Of a stretch of DNA of 64,000 bases, positions 63,001 to 64,000 are shown one piece after another. Numbering within the stretch: position 1 is the stretch's first letter; each line of letters starts with the position of its first letter. Source of the DNA: Haliotis cracherodii (taxonomy: Eukaryota). The DNA is taken from positions 48,918,001 through 48,982,000 of the forward strand of contig NW_027266343.1 of the NCBI RefSeq assembly GCF_022045235.1, given 5' to 3'. The translations under genes were made by a program, and so were the position numbers. Below the pieces are notes generated by a model. That model saw nothing but the letters and a program-made list of their open reading frames with translations. It was not told the origin of the DNA and did no database searches.

Positions 63001-63785
63001 CATATTTCATTATCACAAAAACTTGTACCAGTACTAAGGAACAGCTCTGAGTGAAGGTATCACTTATTTCCATTTAGACAATATTTCAAGGGAACAATAA
63101 TTTTATATGCAACCTCAGGAAATACAGGAGGTCTTTCTGCAATGTGCATTGCTGTGTCATGAGTTATGGTATCAGTTTTTATAATTTTTATTTCTATTGT
63201 ATGCCAGAGTATCATATCTGACTTAAGGAAATATATCTTTCAATATTAACTCGTGCAATATAGTCAGCTTTTTGTTGGCAAACAAAACACTCAGCAATAT
63301 TCCAGCTGAATGAATTCGGCCAGTAAATAGTCAAGACTGGACCAGACAATCCATTGATTGATATGACCAACATTAAAATGGCATCAGGTATGTTGACATG
63401 TTATCAACCAAGCCATCAAGCATGACCTTTTGATTCATATTGTTGCCGGTTATGATGTTTGTTTGTTTGTTTGTTTGTTTGTTTGCTTTTTAATTTTTAC
63501 AAGCTCATTCCATGCCCAGTACAATCCCACAGTTCTGCGGTAACCATGGCGACCTACTTGCATACATCTGCTGCAGCACGTGGGGTGGAATCTGTACTGC
63601 GTGTTGTAGGAGAGATGTCTGACGTGGTCCAGTACTCCCTTGAGATGTCATTACGACCTTGGAACCATCTGGCATCACCTTGATCACTTGTGGCCCATTT
63701 GCCTGTCCAGTCGGAACTGTCATAACCTGGGTAACTGGGGGTACAACTCGAGGCCCTTTGTCTACATCCACCGACGGAATGATTC
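45021..63785 (-). CDS. TTF2: Transcription termination factor 2 / Lodestar (SNF2-family ATPase), 5'-partial; 18 coding exons, about 745 aa in the window
   Basis: Exons 63785-63558, 62916-62817, 62231-62092, 60451-60323, 59371-59218, 58462-58357, 57523-57324, 56833-56769, 55584-55496, 55330-55239, 54320-54062, 51916-51764, 50670-50603, 49935-49782, 48464-48382, 46995-46921, 46247-46164, 45081-45021. All are GT-AG and phase-compatible. Motifs: [102 protein letters not shown]-terminus [12 protein letters not shown]. No RING insert, which fits TTF2 rather than HLTF/Rad5. Confidence 0.93.
45615..46089. mobile_element. MITE family E in a TTF2 intron
   Basis: Same TIRs as 36512; internal region in the opposite orientation. 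Confidence 0.82.
46164..46247 (-). CDS. TTF2: TTF2 exon
   Basis: [28 protein letters not shown]. Confidence 0.9.
46625..46852 (-). mobile_element. Family C element
   Basis: Matches the consensus; ends ccacgggtc. Confidence 0.82.
46921..46995 (-). CDS. TTF2: TTF2 exon (helicase motif VI)
   Basis: [25 protein letters not shown]. Confidence 0.92.
47018..47100. repeat. 10-bp tandem repeat
   Basis: aggtcaaaca(t/c), about 8 copies. Confidence 0.9.
47112..47350 (-). mobile_element. Family C element
   Basis: Ends ccggatcttcacaggtc. Confidence 0.83.
47721..47890 (+). mobile_element. SINE family A with TSD
   Basis: TSD ctcagtgcaggg on both sides. Confidence 0.87.
48065..48337 (-). mobile_element. 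Family C element with TSD
   Basis: aaagaagca at about 48051 and 48338. Confidence 0.87.
48382..48464 (-). CDS. TTF2: TTF2 exon (motif V)
   Basis: [28 protein letters not shown]. Confidence 0.92.
48934..49265 (-). mobile_element. SINE family D with TSD
   Basis: TSD ctgacactagttga at about 48923 and 49265. Confidence 0.86.
49782..49935 (-). CDS. TTF2: TTF2 exon (motif IV)
   Basis: [35 protein letters not shown]. Confidence 0.92.
50603..50670 (-). CDS. TTF2: TTF2 exon
   Basis: [22 protein letters not shown]. Confidence 0.85.
50926..51321. mobile_element. hAT-like MITE inserted in a family C element
   Basis: Ends taggggtgtcacgat..aatagtaaccccta. Family C sequence resumes at ccagtgattg. Confidence 0.6.
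51633..51747. mobile_element. About 115-bp palindromic MITE (family F)
   Basis: TIR ctgttccacgaagcgatcttagcgctac / gtagtgctaagatcgctttgtggaacgg. Related copy at 57198-57310. Confidence 0.75.
51764..51916 (-). CDS. TTF2: TTF2 exon
   Basis: [30 protein letters not shown]. Confidence 0.88.
52010..54050. repeat. 30-bp minisatellite, about 68 copies, filling a TTF2 intron
   Basis: Unit gagatgacaacaagaggttcaatagtaagg. Confidence 0.98.
54062..54320 (-). CDS. TTF2: TTF2 exon
   Basis: [31 protein letters not shown]. Confidence 0.9.
54410..54635 (-). mobile_element. Family C element
   Basis: Ends ccggatcttcatgggtc. Confidence 0.8.
54885..55095. repeat. 20-bp minisatellite, about 10 copies
   Basis: Unit gatttcaaccatgccatgat. 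Confidence 0.94.
55239..55330 (-). CDS. TTF2: TTF2 exon
   Basis: [30 protein letters not shown]. Confidence 0.9.
55496..55584 (-). CDS. TTF2: TTF2 exon
   Basis: [29 protein letters not shown]. Confidence 0.92.
55678..56720. repeat. 19/20-bp minisatellite, about 53 copies
   Basis: Units atataacaatggcctgtgc and atatgacaatggcctgtaa. Confidence 0.97.
56769..56833 (-). CDS. TTF2: TTF2 exon
   Basis: [21 protein letters not shown]. Confidence 0.92.
57198..57310. mobile_element. Family F MITE, degenerate
   Basis: ttagcactacga..tgttaaagcatggga..tagtcctaag..gctttgtggaacgg. Confidence 0.65.
57324..57523 (-). CDS. TTF2: TTF2 exon (motifs II and III)
   Basis: [34 protein letters not shown]. Confidence 0.95.
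57595..57757 (-). mobile_element. SINE family A with TSD
   Basis: TSD caacttagctgta. Confidence 0.86.
57812..58125 (-). mobile_element. SINE family D, degenerate
   Basis: agataccatgccacagtttaacat..ctcagacacagtatactgactcc. Confidence 0.7.
58357..58462 (-). CDS. TTF2: TTF2 exon
   Basis: [18 protein letters not shown]. Confidence 0.92.
58535..59127 (-). mobile_element. SINE family D with a nested family C copy (58591-58792)
   Basis: TSD tgcacttatata at 58579-58590 and 58793-58804. Confidence 0.82.
59218..59371 (-). CDS. TTF2: TTF2 exon (motif Ia)
   Basis: [25 protein letters not shown]. Confidence 0.93.
59876..60292. repeat. 35-bp minisatellite, about 12 copies
   Basis: Unit cccggaatctctagggggaatacagtcgagaggtc. 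Confidence 0.97.
60323..60451 (-). CDS. TTF2: TTF2 exon (Walker A)
   Basis: [14 protein letters not shown]. Confidence 0.95.
61074..61325 (-). mobile_element. SINE family B, degenerate
   Basis: ggtatggtgctgacaaacctagaaacataatc..acaatcataggtttctg. Confidence 0.78.
62092..62231 (-). CDS. TTF2: TTF2 exon (Q motif)
   Basis: [33 protein letters not shown]. Confidence 0.93.
62298..62800. repeat. About 38-bp degenerate minisatellite
   Basis: Unit ctccctttagagacaccccagcataacaacagagtagt. Confidence 0.92.
62817..62916 (-). CDS. TTF2: TTF2 exon
   Basis: [32 protein letters not shown]. Confidence 0.88.
63558..63785 (-). CDS. TTF2: TTF2 exon (low-complexity linker)
   Basis: Acceptor tcctttcag and donor gtagg; phase 1-1. 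Translation ends [12 protein letters not shown]. Confidence 0.75.
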
Positions 63786-64000
63786 CTGAAAGGAACGAAA
63801 GATATCTCAATCCAAAGAGAAACCTGTATTACAACTGTTGTAAGCCAGTGTAATGGCATGAGTGTTTTCTTTGTGTTAGCAGTAAGATGGCCTTGTGGAC
63901 AGATGGCCTTGTGGACAGAAGCCCTGTCATGAGAACACCATCTGTCTGAGAAGAACAGTTGATTCCTCACACATCTGATGCAACAGCAGAAAGTAATGGC

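Noticed and set aside
45021-63785. HLTF/Rad5/SHPRH or Rad16 assignment for the SNF2 gene
   Set aside because: There is no RING finger between the helicase lobes, and the LTLADL C-terminus fits TTF2.

Overview
Eukaryotic, invertebrate genomic DNA. The short-retroelement repertoire suggests a mollusc, possibly a gastropod such as abalone; this is inference only. Three protein-coding genes are supported. (1) A two-coding-exon class A peptide GPCR resembling the ecdysis-triggering-hormone receptor family (+, 20249-34057). (2) An intronless type II membrane protein with a GT-A-like NGDIY motif (+, 39549-40412). (3) The 3' 18 coding exons of the SNF2 helicase TTF2/Lodestar (-, 45021-63785; its 5' end is outside the window). 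The rest is dense repeat DNA: four short-retroelement families (called A-D here), fossils of Penelope-like, LINE and mariner elements, several MITEs, a Helentron-like element, about 12 mini/microsatellites and two N gaps. The most notable observations are: a TSD-bounded Penelope-type insert with inverted minimal hammerhead motifs (U3-A8 variant) just upstream of GPCR exon 2; a ~490-bp inverted repeat bracketing that exon; a headless, structured short retroelement with a fixed 5' end; strong sense-orientation bias of SINEs inside TTF2; a minisatellite that grew out of a SINE; and the orphan glycosyltransferase-like gene. All coordinates were read by eye. Repeat edges are approximate (about +/-10 nt); splice junctions were checked for frame.
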